A stretch of DNA of 64,000 bases from an uncultured Gammaproteobacteria bacterium (GTDB lineage: Bacteria > Patescibacteriota > Microgenomatia > UBA1406), in the NCBI GenBank assembly GCA_964414145.1, contig CAYPVH010000001.1, positions 156,851-220,850 on the forward strand, in the 5' to 3' direction. Under the pieces are notes generated by a model, which was given only the letters and a program-made list of their open reading frames with translations, made no database searches and was not told the DNA's origin. A program made the position numbers and the translations under genes. This document shows positions 18,179 through 26,841 of this stretch, piece after piece; the first letter of the stretch is position 1, and each line of letters starts with the position of its first letter.

Positions 18179-19876
18179 TTACAGGCTGTCAAGTTGATGT
18201 ATTTGATTTTGGTGCAAAAAGAGAACCTGTTCATCGTCTATAATGCCAAAATACTCTGTAGTTTTCAGCTTATTGTTAAAAATAGACTTAACTATAGCAC
18301 CTTTTTCATTAACAACTACTATCCGGCCGCTTTTGGTATCAAGTAGGTAAAGGTACTTGGTTCCTGCCGATTTATATACTTTGGTAAGCCTGTTTTTATT
18401 AAAATCAATTTTTATGTCAAATGCTTCTTTTGCTCCTGAAGTAAATTTCCACAAGTCTTGGGTGGTTAATATATAAACAGAATAATCAATAGCAAAATTG
18501 GTTGCTGTGTCTAGATTAATGCTTTCACCGGTCTGAAAATAGCTTATTGCTGAACTATAACCACCCTCTGTTGGTACATATTTATATATTTCGTCACTTT
18601 CCTGATCAAGCGAATAAATATTGCCATTAAAAACCTTTAAGTCAATAATATTTTTCCAATTCTTACTCTTTGAAATAATCTTCTCCAGTTTTCCGGCGTT
18701 TGATTTATAAATACCGTTGTTCTTGTCATAAACAAATACCTCATTGTCGTAAGAATTAATTATCGACGCGGTATTAAGATTGTTTAGGTTGAAGGTGTCA
18801 TAACTTTTATTGTCTAGGTTTACCAAAAAGGCCTTTTTATTTTTAGTGTCTAAAACTGAAAGAAAATTATCATTGAAAGCAACGGATGTTATTTTCAAGT
18901 TATTAGACAGCAGCGAAAGATCAAAATAAACCTCGCCTTTTTCCGTTTCTGCTGCTCCGGTTAGTTTGTTTAGCTCATCTATATCGTTACTTAATTTTAA
19001 TATTATGCTGTTTTTTTCCGGGTAAGTTTTTTTAAGTTGTTCAATCTCTTTTTTAAGTTGAATAGATTTTTCTGTCAGTTCTTTGGGGTTTTCCAGACCG
19101 TTATTTTTCATTTGATCAATTTCTTTGTTGATTGTTTCAATTTTCTCGGCAAAAATCCGGTTCTGGTGTTTACTGTACTGTTGTTTGGCAATTTGTAATG
19201 TTTTAAATAACAAAAACAATACAAGCAATAAGGCAACTGCTTTTATAACCCACCTTTTATTAACTGTTTTTGTTAATCTTGACTGACCTGTTGTGTAGTT
19301 GGTGTTGCTTGCTGCTTCTTCTTTAAAAAATAACTCTTTTGTGCTTGGCAACTCGGCACTGATTTTTACTACCAAAATTCCCGGGTTCGTTTTTGCCGTA
19401 AGGTTATCTTTTATCGAGTCAATGTCTGTGCTTTTTGCCAGCTCTTCAAAATTAATTTCTGGGCTTTTTTCAAGAGCTTCGTTTGCAAGCAATATTAAAA
19501 TATCATTACCAAAAACCTCTCCCTCAAACAGATTGCCTGGCGCCTCGCGGTAGATAGTTTTTTTTCTCAGTAAAAAAATTTGCCCATGCTTTTTCTGAAC
19601 GAAGAGCCGAGAATTATATCTGTAGGCAGCAACATACGACTTAAGAGCGTACTTTTGTTCAATAGATGTTTTAATAAAAGTGGAGAAAGCTTTTAAACTA
19701 TCTATCTCAACTTGTTCAAGTGCTTCCTTAATTGCTGGATTAATGCTATGCAGTGGTTCAGCGTTTACATTTTCTGCTAGTTCATAGATTAGAAATAAAC
19801 CCTTATCGGCAACAAAGCCCTGTCTGTTGTGGTCTTTATCGTTCTTTAAGTTTACTGTGAATATTTCTTCAAACAT
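18179..19876 (-). CDS. hypothetical bitopic membrane protein (cytoplasmic N-domain, TM, coiled coil, repeat-rich extracytoplasmic C-domain)
   Basis: 565 aa with a single TM (WVIKAVALLLVLFLLF) near residue 210. This is followed by a Lys/Glu/Gln coiled coil and a beta-rich Asn/Tyr-rich region. Confidence 0.55.
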   Translation of the reverse strand: MFEEIFTVNLKNDKDHNRQGFVADKGLFLIYELAENVNAEPLHSINPAIKEALEQVEIDSLKAFSTFIKTSIEQKYALKSYVAAYRYNSRLFVQKKHGQIFLLRKKTIYREAPGNLFEGEVFGNDILILLANEALEKSPEINFEELAKSTDIDSIKDNLTAKTNPGILVVKISAELPSTKELFFKEEAASNTNYTTGQSRLTKTVNKRWVIKAVALLLVLFLLFKTLQIAKQQYSKHQNRIFAEKIETINKEIDQMKNNGLENPKELTEKSIQLKKEIEQLKKTYPEKNSIILKLSNDIDELNKLTGAAETEKGEVYFDLSLLSNNLKITSVAFNDNFLSVLDTKNKKAFLVNLDNKSYDTFNLNNLNTASIINSYDNEVFVYDKNNGIYKSNAGKLEKIISKSKNWKNIIDLKVFNGNIYSLDQESDEIYKYVPTEGGYSSAISYFQTGESINLDTATNFAIDYSVYILTTQDLWKFTSGAKEAFDIKIDFNKNRLTKVYKSAGTKYLYLLDTKSGRIVVVNEKGAIVKSIFNNKLKTTEYFGIIDDEQVLFLHQNQIHQLDSL

Positions 19877-19888
19877 GCTACTAATAAT

Positions 19889-20158
19889 TTATAGCAAAAT
19901 TAGAGAGAAAACCAGTAACGAAAATGAAAGAAAGATTTGCAAATAAGAAAAAACAACAAATAAAGAAGTACTTTTTTTTGATTCTTCAAACAAATCTGCC
20001 ATATAGGCTGACGCAGTTTTGTCCATTTTCTTTAGCTGTTGATGAAAAATAAGCGAGTAAACAACAAAACCAATAGCAATAAGTGAAGCAGCAATCTTAA
20101 AAACTAGAGTTATCCAATTAGTGTTTTGTATAAACTGTATTAGATTAGACAGATCCAT
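19889..20158 (-). CDS. hypothetical two-TM membrane protein
   Basis: 89 aa with two TM helices. Overlaps the upstream gene by 14 nt. Confidence 0.45.
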   Translation of the reverse strand: MDLSNLIQFIQNTNWITLVFKIAASLIAIGFVVYSLIFHQQLKKMDKTASAYMADLFEESKKSTSLFVVFSYLQIFLSFSLLVFSLILL

Positions 20159-20696
20159 TTTTGTTATATCGAACTAAATTATTGATTATATTTACAACGT
20201 TATCTGGGTGAGGGGCTTTAAGAAACTCAATATTTGGAAGGGCGCCTGCCGTTTCAACATATATGTCGGCATAGTTGAAAAGACTGGCAAAAAACCCAAG
20301 GCTTTTTTTATCTATTTCTTCAACATTTTTTAATATCGCTGTTGTGGTGTGGCTATATAGTAAATTAACCGCATCTATATCTATAGCTCTGCGGTTGGTA
20401 ACAATACCTAAATTAAAATACCAAAAAAATAACTTGGTTAATGAAAAAGAAAAAACCAAAATATACCAAGCCATTATAATAAATAGTTGCTGAGTTGAAC
20501 TTAGGGGTAGTTTAGGTATAAAATCGGCAAATATAAGCGGTACAAGGGTTAAAAGCATTACCCACAATACCCAGGTAAAATTAGTAATTGGATGAGCCCT
20601 AATAATCATTACCACCTTTTCCTTTGGGTTTTTGAGCAATGATTCAAGATCGGTACGATAAAATAATGAATTAAAAGTCTTTTTTTCTACCTTCAT
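20145..20696 (-). CDS. membrane protein with bacterial PH (YdbS/YdbT-like) domain
   Basis: 183 aa with two TM helices, then IVTNRRAIDID ... YADIYVETAG ... FLKAPHPDNV, which resembles the bPH_2 family. Confidence 0.55.
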   Translation of the reverse strand: MKVEKKTFNSLFYRTDLESLLKNPKEKVVMIIRAHPITNFTWVLWVMLLTLVPLIFADFIPKLPLSSTQQLFIIMAWYILVFSFSLTKLFFWYFNLGIVTNRRAIDIDAVNLLYSHTTTAILKNVEEIDKKSLGFFASLFNYADIYVETAGALPNIEFLKAPHPDNVVNIINNLVRYNKNGSV

Positions 20697-20704
20697 TATT
20701 TAAA

Positions 20705-20713
20705 ATTATATCA
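20705..20713 (-). promoter_or_regulatory. extended -10 (TGATATAAT) for the 20696-17427 operon
   Basis: The minus strand reads TGATATAAT, followed by 8 nt and then the ATG at 20696. Confidence 0.5.
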
Positions 20714-20720
20714 GATCAAG

Positions 20721-20749
20721 TTGACAGGGTGAGGCGATTATCATAAAAT
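20721..20749 (+). promoter_or_regulatory. near-consensus promoter upstream of rny
   Basis: TTGACA 20721-20726, 17-nt spacer, TAAAAT 20744-20749. This would give a leader of about 128 nt. A second element, TGATATAAT at 20871-20879, lies 4 nt before the rny ATG. Confidence 0.5.
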
Positions 20750-20883
20750 TGCTTTGTTATTAGTAGTTGTGACAAGAATTATGGTGTTAAATTTTTCTTT
20801 ATCTGTTTTACTCCCCAATCATTGTTGTGGGTGGATTACTGTGACACGATAAAACACCTAGTCTTGCCACTGATATAATTTTT

Positions 20884-22287
20884 ATGAAAAATTTAGTCCT
20901 TAAGTTATTTCCCCATTTAGTTAAAGAACAAGACCAAATAATTGAAGCGGCCAAAGAAAAGGCCAGACAAATCACGTTGCAGGGACAGGAGCAGCTCAGA
21001 GACTTATCAGATAAAATCTCAAGCTTGCAAAAAAAGATCGAAAGAGAAGAGGCGGCTGTAAGAGAAGAGAAGCGTGGTGTAGAAAAAGAAAAGTCGTTAC
21101 TTGAGAATGAAAAAAAGAGGCTGGAAGAAAAAAAGCAAGAACTGTTGGCCAAATTTCAAAAATTGGCCGGTCTTACTCCAGAGGAGGCAAGAGAAAACCT
21201 TCTATCTTTTTGGGAACAAAAACTAACCGGTGAAGTTGCCAAACGGGTTAGAGAAGCCGAAGAAGAGGTGAAAACCAAAGTTGAAGAAAAAGCTAAGGAA
21301 ATTTTGGTTGATACCATGAGGTATGGTGCGACCGATTATGTAGTTGAATACGCTCTTTCAACAATAGATCTGCCTAGTGATGAATACAAAGGCAGAATTA
21401 TTGGTAAAGAAGGTAGAAATATTCGAGCCTTTGAGTTGGTAACAGGGGTTGAGGTTGATTTGGATGAGGAAGGTGTTGTAAAAATCTCTTCATTTGATCC
21501 TGTTAAACGTGAAGTTGCCCGCGTTGCTTTGGAAAAGTTAATTAAAGACGGCAGAATTCAACCCTCAAGAATCGAAGAGGTGGTTGCTAAAGTCAAAGAA
21601 GAAATAAATAAAATAATCTATAAAGAAGGCGAAAAACTTTGTTATGAGGTGGGTGTATTTAATTTACCTCGTGAATTGGTTGAATTGTTGGGAAGATTTA
21701 AATATCGCTTTTCGTACGGGCAAAACTTAGTTCAACACACCCTTGAATGTACAAAAATTGGAGTTGCTTTAGCTCATGAACTTGGCGCCGACGTTAATAT
21801 TGTTAGGCTAGCCTGTCTTTTACACGACGTGGGGAAAGTTGTTACCGACAAAGAAGGTTCACATGTGCAGCTTGGAATTGAAGTGCTTAAAAAACACCGC
21901 TTTCCCAAAGAAACTATTGAAGCAATCGAAAGTCATCACGAAGACAAACCCTTTAGTTCAGTTGAAGGCGTTATAGTTTATTTAGCCGACGCTATTTCCG
22001 GTAGCCGCCCAGGAGCAAGACGTGAAGATGTAACCGAGTATATTCGCAGAATGAGGGAAATTGAAGACTTTATTAAAGAAAAAGAAGGAGTAAATGACGT
22101 GGCAGTTCTTCAAGCTGGGCGAGAAATAAGAGTTGTGGTTAATCCTAAAGAAATGACCGATGATCAAACAGTGGTATTTATTGCTAAACTAAGAGAAGAG
22201 CTGGCTAAATATTTCTCCAACATTCCCGGTCAAATGAAAATCACAGCAATTCGAGAATTCAGAACTACCGAAACGACTAGAAAATAA
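20884..22287 (+). CDS. rny: ribonuclease Y
   Basis: 467 aa with a Lys/Glu coiled coil, a KH domain (GRIIGKEGRNIRAFE) and an HD domain (LLHDVGK ... HHED). No N-terminal TM is present in this frame. Confidence 0.93.
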   Translation: MKNLVLKLFPHLVKEQDQIIEAAKEKARQITLQGQEQLRDLSDKISSLQKKIEREEAAVREEKRGVEKEKSLLENEKKRLEEKKQELLAKFQKLAGLTPEEARENLLSFWEQKLTGEVAKRVREAEEEVKTKVEEKAKEILVDTMRYGATDYVVEYALSTIDLPSDEYKGRIIGKEGRNIRAFELVTGVEVDLDEEGVVKISSFDPVKREVARVALEKLIKDGRIQPSRIEEVVAKVKEEINKIIYKEGEKLCYEVGVFNLPRELVELLGRFKYRFSYGQNLVQHTLECTKIGVALAHELGADVNIVRLACLLHDVGKVVTDKEGSHVQLGIEVLKKHRFPKETIEAIESHHEDKPFSSVEGVIVYLADAISGSRPGARREDVTEYIRRMREIEDFIKEKEGVNDVAVLQAGREIRVVVNPKEMTDDQTVVFIAKLREELAKYFSNIPGQMKITAIREFRTTETTRK

Positions 22288-22365
22288 CCATTGGGTATTG
22301 TTACCACAATCCCTTTCTGACATAATCTAGTATAGATTGCTCTAATAAGATATCTAAAATACGGC

Positions 22366-22393
22366 TTGACACAACCGTACGAATATTTATAAT
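22366..22393 (+). promoter_or_regulatory. consensus promoter of hup
   Basis: TTGACA 22366-22371, 16-nt spacer, TATAAT 22388-22393. The leader contains AAGGAGGTG at 22403-22411. Confidence 0.7.
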
Positions 22394-22424
22394 GAAATCA
22401 GAAAGGAGGTGAAATAATTAAACT

Positions 22425-22697
22425 ATGACAAAACAAGATTTAGTAGCACAAGTTGCTAAAAAAACCGATCTTTCCATGAGAGCAGCTAAAGCAGCTGTTG
22501 ACGCAGTTTTCAATACCGTTGCCGACGCTCTTAAGCGGGAAGAAAAAGTGGTAGTTACAGGTTTTGGAACTTTCTTAGTTAGAGAAAGAGCCGCCAGAAA
22601 AGGAAGAAATCCTCAAACTGGTGCCGAGATCGAAATTCCAGAAACTAAAACTCCTGGATTTACCGCCGGAAAAACTCTTAAAAGAATGGTTAAGTAA
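22425..22697 (+). CDS. hup: HU family DNA-binding protein
   Basis: 90 aa with the HU signature ([27 protein letters not shown]). Confidence 0.95.
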   Translation: MTKQDLVAQVAKKTDLSMRAAKAAVDAVFNTVADALKREEKVVVTGFGTFLVRERAARKGRNPQTGAEIEIPETKTPGFTAGKTLKRMVK

Positions 22698-22717
22698 TCA
22701 TTCTTTTTTTTATAGCG

Positions 22718-22749
22718 TCCCGCCCGCAGATGAAGTAAAACGGGCGGGA
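22718..22749 (+). terminator. GC-rich hairpin after hup
   Basis: TCCCGCCCG 22718-22726 pairs with CGGGCGGGA 22741-22749, with a 14-nt loop. The downstream T-run is weak (TTGCATTTG). Confidence 0.5.
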
Positions 22750-22821
22750 TTGCATTTGCCATAAAATTTGGTATACTGGTAATCTCGTTTTCATAAAGAA
22801 ACGAAAGGAGAAACATGGTTA

Positions 22822-23919
22822 ATGCCAAAGATTCAAACAAAGACTAAAAAAGAACAAACTTCAAAAGAGCCAACTTCAATGGCTCAGCTGCTTGAGTTAA
22901 CAAAAAATCTTCCTAAAATAAAAAGAGGCGATACGGTAAGTGGAACTATTGTTTCTATATCTAAAAAAGAAGCCATGTTTGATATCAATTGGAAAACTAA
23001 CGCTATTCTTATTTCACCCGAAACCAAAGAATTGTCTACTTTTTTGCCTTACCTAAAGGTTGGACAAGCGGTTCCGGTTAGAATTGTAAGTATGGAAGCA
23101 AGAGCCGGTTTTCCTGTTGTTTCGCTCCAGGGTTTTTTTGAAAAGGGTAAGTGGGAAATTTTGGAAGAAAATTACAAAAAAGAAGAATTAATTGAGGTAA
23201 CAGTACAAGGCAGTGGTAAAGGTGGCTTGTTTATTGAAGTTATGGGAATAAGGGGCGTAATTCCAAAAATACAATTAACTCAGGAATATATCAAAAATCA
23301 AAGAAAGCTTTTTGGTAAAAAAGTAGAAATTAAAATTCTAGAAGTAGATAGGGCTAAAAACAGGTTGGTTGTTTCGCAAAAAGCCGCAGCACTTGGTATT
23401 ACTCAGAAAAAAATTGAAGACACGTTTTCCAAAATAAAAGAAGGAGAAACTAAAGAGGCCAGAGTAATTGGTTTTTCCGATTTTGGCATATTTTGTGAGG
23501 TGGATGGTATTGAGGGCTTAATTCATATTTCAGAAATTTCTTGGAAGAAAGTGTCGGATCCGCGTACTTTTGCTAAAGAAGGCGAAGTCTTAAAGGTAAT
23601 GGTCTTACAGAAGAATGAAAAAGACTATAAATTAACCCTCTCGTTAAAAAGACTCCAAGAAGATCCATGGGAAAAAATTGAAGAAAAGTATCCTAAAGAC
23701 CGCGAAATTGAAGGCGAAGTAATTCGTAAAGAACCATACGGCTTCTTTGTTAGGTTAGAGCCTGGTATTGAAGGATTAATTCACAATTCAAAAATTACCC
23801 CTGATTTGGATATTGAAATCGGTGGCAAAATTAAAACCTATATTGAGAGAGTAGACAGTAAAAGGCGTAAAATGAGCTTGGTACCGGTAACAACAGGAAA
23901 ACCGCTTCTTTACAGATAA
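22822..23919 (+). CDS. rpsA: 30S ribosomal protein S1 (short, four S1 domains)
   Basis: 365 aa with repeated S1 OB-fold motifs (GDTVSGTIV, VTVQGSGKGGLFIE, ARVIGFSDFGIFCEV...GLIHISE, IEGEVIRKEPYGFFVRL). GGAG lies at 22807-22810. The promoter is TTGCAT, 16-nt spacer, TATACT. Confidence 0.85.
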   Translation: MPKIQTKTKKEQTSKEPTSMAQLLELTKNLPKIKRGDTVSGTIVSISKKEAMFDINWKTNAILISPETKELSTFLPYLKVGQAVPVRIVSMEARAGFPVVSLQGFFEKGKWEILEENYKKEELIEVTVQGSGKGGLFIEVMGIRGVIPKIQLTQEYIKNQRKLFGKKVEIKILEVDRAKNRLVVSQKAAALGITQKKIEDTFSKIKEGETKEARVIGFSDFGIFCEVDGIEGLIHISEISWKKVSDPRTFAKEGEVLKVMVLQKNEKDYKLTLSLKRLQEDPWEKIEEKYPKDREIEGEVIRKEPYGFFVRLEPGIEGLIHNSKITPDLDIEIGGKIKTYIERVDSKRRKMSLVPVTTGKPLLYR

Positions 23920-23923
23920 TTAT

Positions 23924-24667
23924 TTAATTCCCCCCAAATCTTCTATTTCTATTTCGATACCAATCAATCGCTTTTTGTAATTTTTCCGGACTAAAATCGG
24001 GAAAATGATCGGGTTCAAAATAATGTTCGGCGTAGGCCGACTGCCAAGACATATAACCGCTTAACCTTTGCTCGCCCGAGGTTCTAATAATCAAGTCGGG
24101 GTAGGGGTGGGGTTGATCCCGAGTATCAAGAAAATTTTTAAATTCGTAATAAGGATATTTTTGCTGATACATACCAATTTTCTTAAATATATTAATGCTT
24201 TCTGCTTTTGACTTTAGCATTATCTTTTCTACTGTTCTTAAAATTTCATCATGTCCGCCATAGTCCAAAGCTATATTAAAGACATGATTTGTAAACTGTT
24301 TTGTTTCGATTTCGGCTTCGTTTAATTTATTGACCAGCTTTTTTGGTAACCTATCCTTTCTGCCCAAGTGATAGATTCTTGTTTTCGATTCTTTAGCCTC
24401 TTTTAAATTTTTAGAAATCATTTCAACAAATATATTCATTAAGTAATCAATTTCTAGCTTTGAACGATTCCAATTTTCGGTAGAAAATCCCCAGAGTGTC
24501 AAGGTATGAATTCCAATATCTCTAGCATAGCGCCCAACTTTAAGCGCCGCATCAAATCCTTTTTTATGACCGGCAAAAGTTGGTAAACCTTTATTTTTTG
24601 CCCACCTACGGTTGCCATCGGGAATAATAGCAATATGTTTGGGTAGGTCTGTTAGGTTATTTTGCAT
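23924..24667 (-). CDS. uppS: isoprenyl transferase (undecaprenyl-diphosphate synthase)
   Basis: 247 aa with HIAIIPDGNRRWA, FSTENWNR and IRTSGEQRLS. Confidence 0.95.
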   Translation of the reverse strand: MQNNLTDLPKHIAIIPDGNRRWAKNKGLPTFAGHKKGFDAALKVGRYARDIGIHTLTLWGFSTENWNRSKLEIDYLMNIFVEMISKNLKEAKESKTRIYHLGRKDRLPKKLVNKLNEAEIETKQFTNHVFNIALDYGGHDEILRTVEKIMLKSKAESINIFKKIGMYQQKYPYYEFKNFLDTRDQPHPYPDLIIRTSGEQRLSGYMSWQSAYAEHYFEPDHFPDFSPEKLQKAIDWYRNRNRRFGGN

Positions 24668-24684
24668 TCCACTATTTTATCAAA

Positions 24685-24713
24685 TTGACAACAAAAATAG
24701 TTTCGTCTAGCAT
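24685..24713 (+). promoter_or_regulatory. promoter of the triple pilin-like cluster
   Basis: TTGACA 24685-24690, 17-nt spacer, TAGCAT 24708-24713, then 7 nt to the ATG at 24721. The ORF-track TTG start at 24685 is the -35 element itself. Confidence 0.5.
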
Positions 24714-24720
24714 ATACTTT

Positions 24721-25017
24721 ATGAACTTGATTGCTCAAGGAGTGGATATTGGTAGTGTTTTTGCGCCGGCAGCCAAATTTAGTAAGGTTTCAGATTTGGT
24801 AACCCTCGGTGGGCGATTAGCAGCTTTAGTGGGAGGGTTCCTGGTGATTGCTAGTTTTGCTTACTCGGCCTATTTTTATATGTCAGCTCACGGTGACACA
24901 AAAAATATTGAAAAGGCAAAAACTGCCATGACTTATAGCATAGTGGGTTTAGTAATTGTGGCGGCCAGCTATTGGATAACGCAATTGATTGCCAAGTTTT
25001 TAGGACAAAATTTTTAA
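24721..25017 (+). CDS. small two-TM pilin-like protein, paralog 3
   Basis: 98 aa with the motif YFYMSAHGDTKNIEKAKTAMTYSIVGLVIV. Confidence 0.6.
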   Translation: MNLIAQGVDIGSVFAPAAKFSKVSDLVTLGGRLAALVGGFLVIASFAYSAYFYMSAHGDTKNIEKAKTAMTYSIVGLVIVAASYWITQLIAKFLGQNF

Positions 25018-25044
25018 TTATGAGTTACATTTTCTAAACAAAAA

Positions 25045-25401
25045 ATGAATCCAGATGATCCTTTAGGTATTGATGAAATAGTTCCCCCAATTGGCGGTGC
25101 AGATGTATTGGACGCAAATAGCGGGATTGAAAGCTTTATCAACCGCGGGTTTATGTTGGCCTTTACTTTGTTTGCGCTTTACGCCCTATTAAACTTTGTT
25201 CTGGCTGCCTTTAGTTATTTAAATGCAGGGGGGGAATCAAAAAATGTGGAAAAAGCTCAAAAAATGATTACCCAAACATTTATTGGTTTGGCTTTAATGT
25301 CACTAACTTTTGTAATCGCCGGAATTATCGGGGCGGTATTTTTTGGAGATTGGTTTGCTCTGCTTGACTTAACAAATCAGTTAAATAATATAATGAATTA
25401 A
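25045..25401 (+). CDS. small two-TM pilin-like protein, paralog 4
   Basis: 118 aa with the motif FSYLNAGGESKNVEKAQKMITQTFIGLALM. Confidence 0.6.
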   Translation: MNPDDPLGIDEIVPPIGGADVLDANSGIESFINRGFMLAFTLFALYALLNFVLAAFSYLNAGGESKNVEKAQKMITQTFIGLALMSLTFVIAGIIGAVFFGDWFALLDLTNQLNNIMN

Positions 25402-25402
25402 T

Positions 25403-25756
25403 ATGCGCAATAAAATCTTAGCTTTACTGGGAGAAGGTACAGCGGTTGGGGTTCCCGAAACAAATGCGCTTGGCAAGCTGATCGGAAGTGTTTTACAGTT
25501 GGCAGCTACGCTCGGTACCTTTTTTTTGCTGTTTAATTTATTAATGGGGTCTTTAAACTGGATTAATTCTCAAGGTGATAAAGAAAAAATTGCCAAAGCC
25601 CAGAAACAGATTACCAATGCTTTTATTGGACTAGTATTGCTTATTATAGTTATGGCGCTTTACTTTACTATTATTGTTGATATCTTTGGTATATTTGAGC
25701 GCGACCCGGTAACAAACGAAATTAAATTTGTTTTACCCTCTCTTTTTGGGCCTTAA
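25403..25756 (+). CDS. small two-TM pilin-like protein, paralog 5
   Basis: 117 aa with the motif LNWINSQGDKEKIAKAQKQITNAFIGLVLL. Starts 1 nt after the paralog 4 stop. Confidence 0.6.
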   Translation: MRNKILALLGEGTAVGVPETNALGKLIGSVLQLAATLGTFFLLFNLLMGSLNWINSQGDKEKIAKAQKQITNAFIGLVLLIIVMALYFTIIVDIFGIFERDPVTNEIKFVLPSLFGP

Positions 25757-26772
25757 TCTTTAGCGAGTAATTCCAGTTTTTTATGAATTGCGTCAAGATT
25801 GTTGCTGTTGGTTGCTTTTTTAATATTTTCAACTGTTTTTTGGTTGATTTCGTTAAGTGCCTCAACACTATTAAAGGCGTTGTGAGGGGTAATAATCACG
25901 TTCGGGATATCCATTAAAACGTGATCCAGGAGCAATGTTTTGGCTGATGAGAGTTCAAAATGTTTTGACGATAAAATCTCTCTTTCTTCTTTGATTGACT
26001 GTTCCTCTTCCAACACATCTAAGCCGGCGCCACCTAAAAGTCCTGATTGGAGCGCTTGTACTAAGGCCTCGGTTGAAATTAGCGGTCCTCGAGCGGTATT
26101 GATTAATATTGCCCCTTTTTTAACCAACTTAATATTGGTGCCGTTAATGATGTGTTTTGTCTCGGGGGTTAGGGGTGTGTGTAGGGTTATCACGTCTGAT
26201 TTTTGAAGCAGAGTTGATAGGTCAACGTACTCAACCAGATTATTGTTGGCGTCGACTGAGCGGGTATGAACTATAACTTTCATCCCAAATGCTCGTCCGA
26301 TTTCCGAAACTCTCTTGCCAATGTTACCATAACCAATAATCCCTAAGGTTTTACCGTATAAATCAAAACCGCGTAAATTATTATTGCTGAAATTAGCTTC
26401 GCGTGTTTGATTTGCAGCTTTGATTAGTTTGCGAGAAACCGCTAGGATTAGGGCAAAAGCATGTTCGGCAACAGTGTTGACTCCATATGTGGGAATGCTC
26501 AATACTGGTATCTGTCGTTCTTTACAGATTTGTTGATCAATGTGATCGGTACCGGTTGAACGAGTGGTAATTGCTTTCAGTTTTGGCAGTCTTTGAAGAA
26601 GCTCAGCGTCTATTTTTGAGTTAATAAAAACAGAAATGATTGCTGCCGGTTCTGCCAATTGATAATTTGAAAGCGATAGTTTATCTTTATAAAAAGTAAG
26701 TTGGTGCTCAGCTAAGTTTTTTTTAAAAAATTTTTCTTCCCAATCTTCAATTTCAAAAAATATAATATTCAT
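25753..26772 (-). CDS. D-isomer-specific 2-hydroxyacid dehydrogenase (NAD-binding)
   Basis: GKTLGIIGYGNIGKRV Rossmann motif, and a catalytic R/E/H context (NTARGPLI ... ITPHNA). Met12 (MNIIFFE, ATG at 26772) is preferred because TATACT lies 7 nt upstream. Confidence 0.85.
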   Translation of the reverse strand: MNIIFFEIEDWEEKFFKKNLAEHQLTFYKDKLSLSNYQLAEPAAIISVFINSKIDAELLQRLPKLKAITTRSTGTDHIDQQICKERQIPVLSIPTYGVNTVAEHAFALILAVSRKLIKAANQTREANFSNNNLRGFDLYGKTLGIIGYGNIGKRVSEIGRAFGMKVIVHTRSVDANNNLVEYVDLSTLLQKSDVITLHTPLTPETKHIINGTNIKLVKKGAILINTARGPLISTEALVQALQSGLLGGAGLDVLEEEQSIKEEREILSSKHFELSSAKTLLLDHVLMDIPNVIITPHNAFNSVEALNEINQKTVENIKKATNSNNLDAIHKKLELLAKD

Positions 26773-26841
26773 AGAAAACAGTATAACTAAAAAACCAAAA
26801 GCCATCTATAAAAATTACCTTCATTTATCTACAATAAAAGA

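Noticed and set aside
20808-21152. 114-aa Ser/Phe/Cys-rich minus-strand ORF.
   Set aside because: It is the antisense translation of the Lys/Glu-rich coiled-coil region of rny (GAA/AAG repeats read as TTC/CTT), so it is a compositional artefact.
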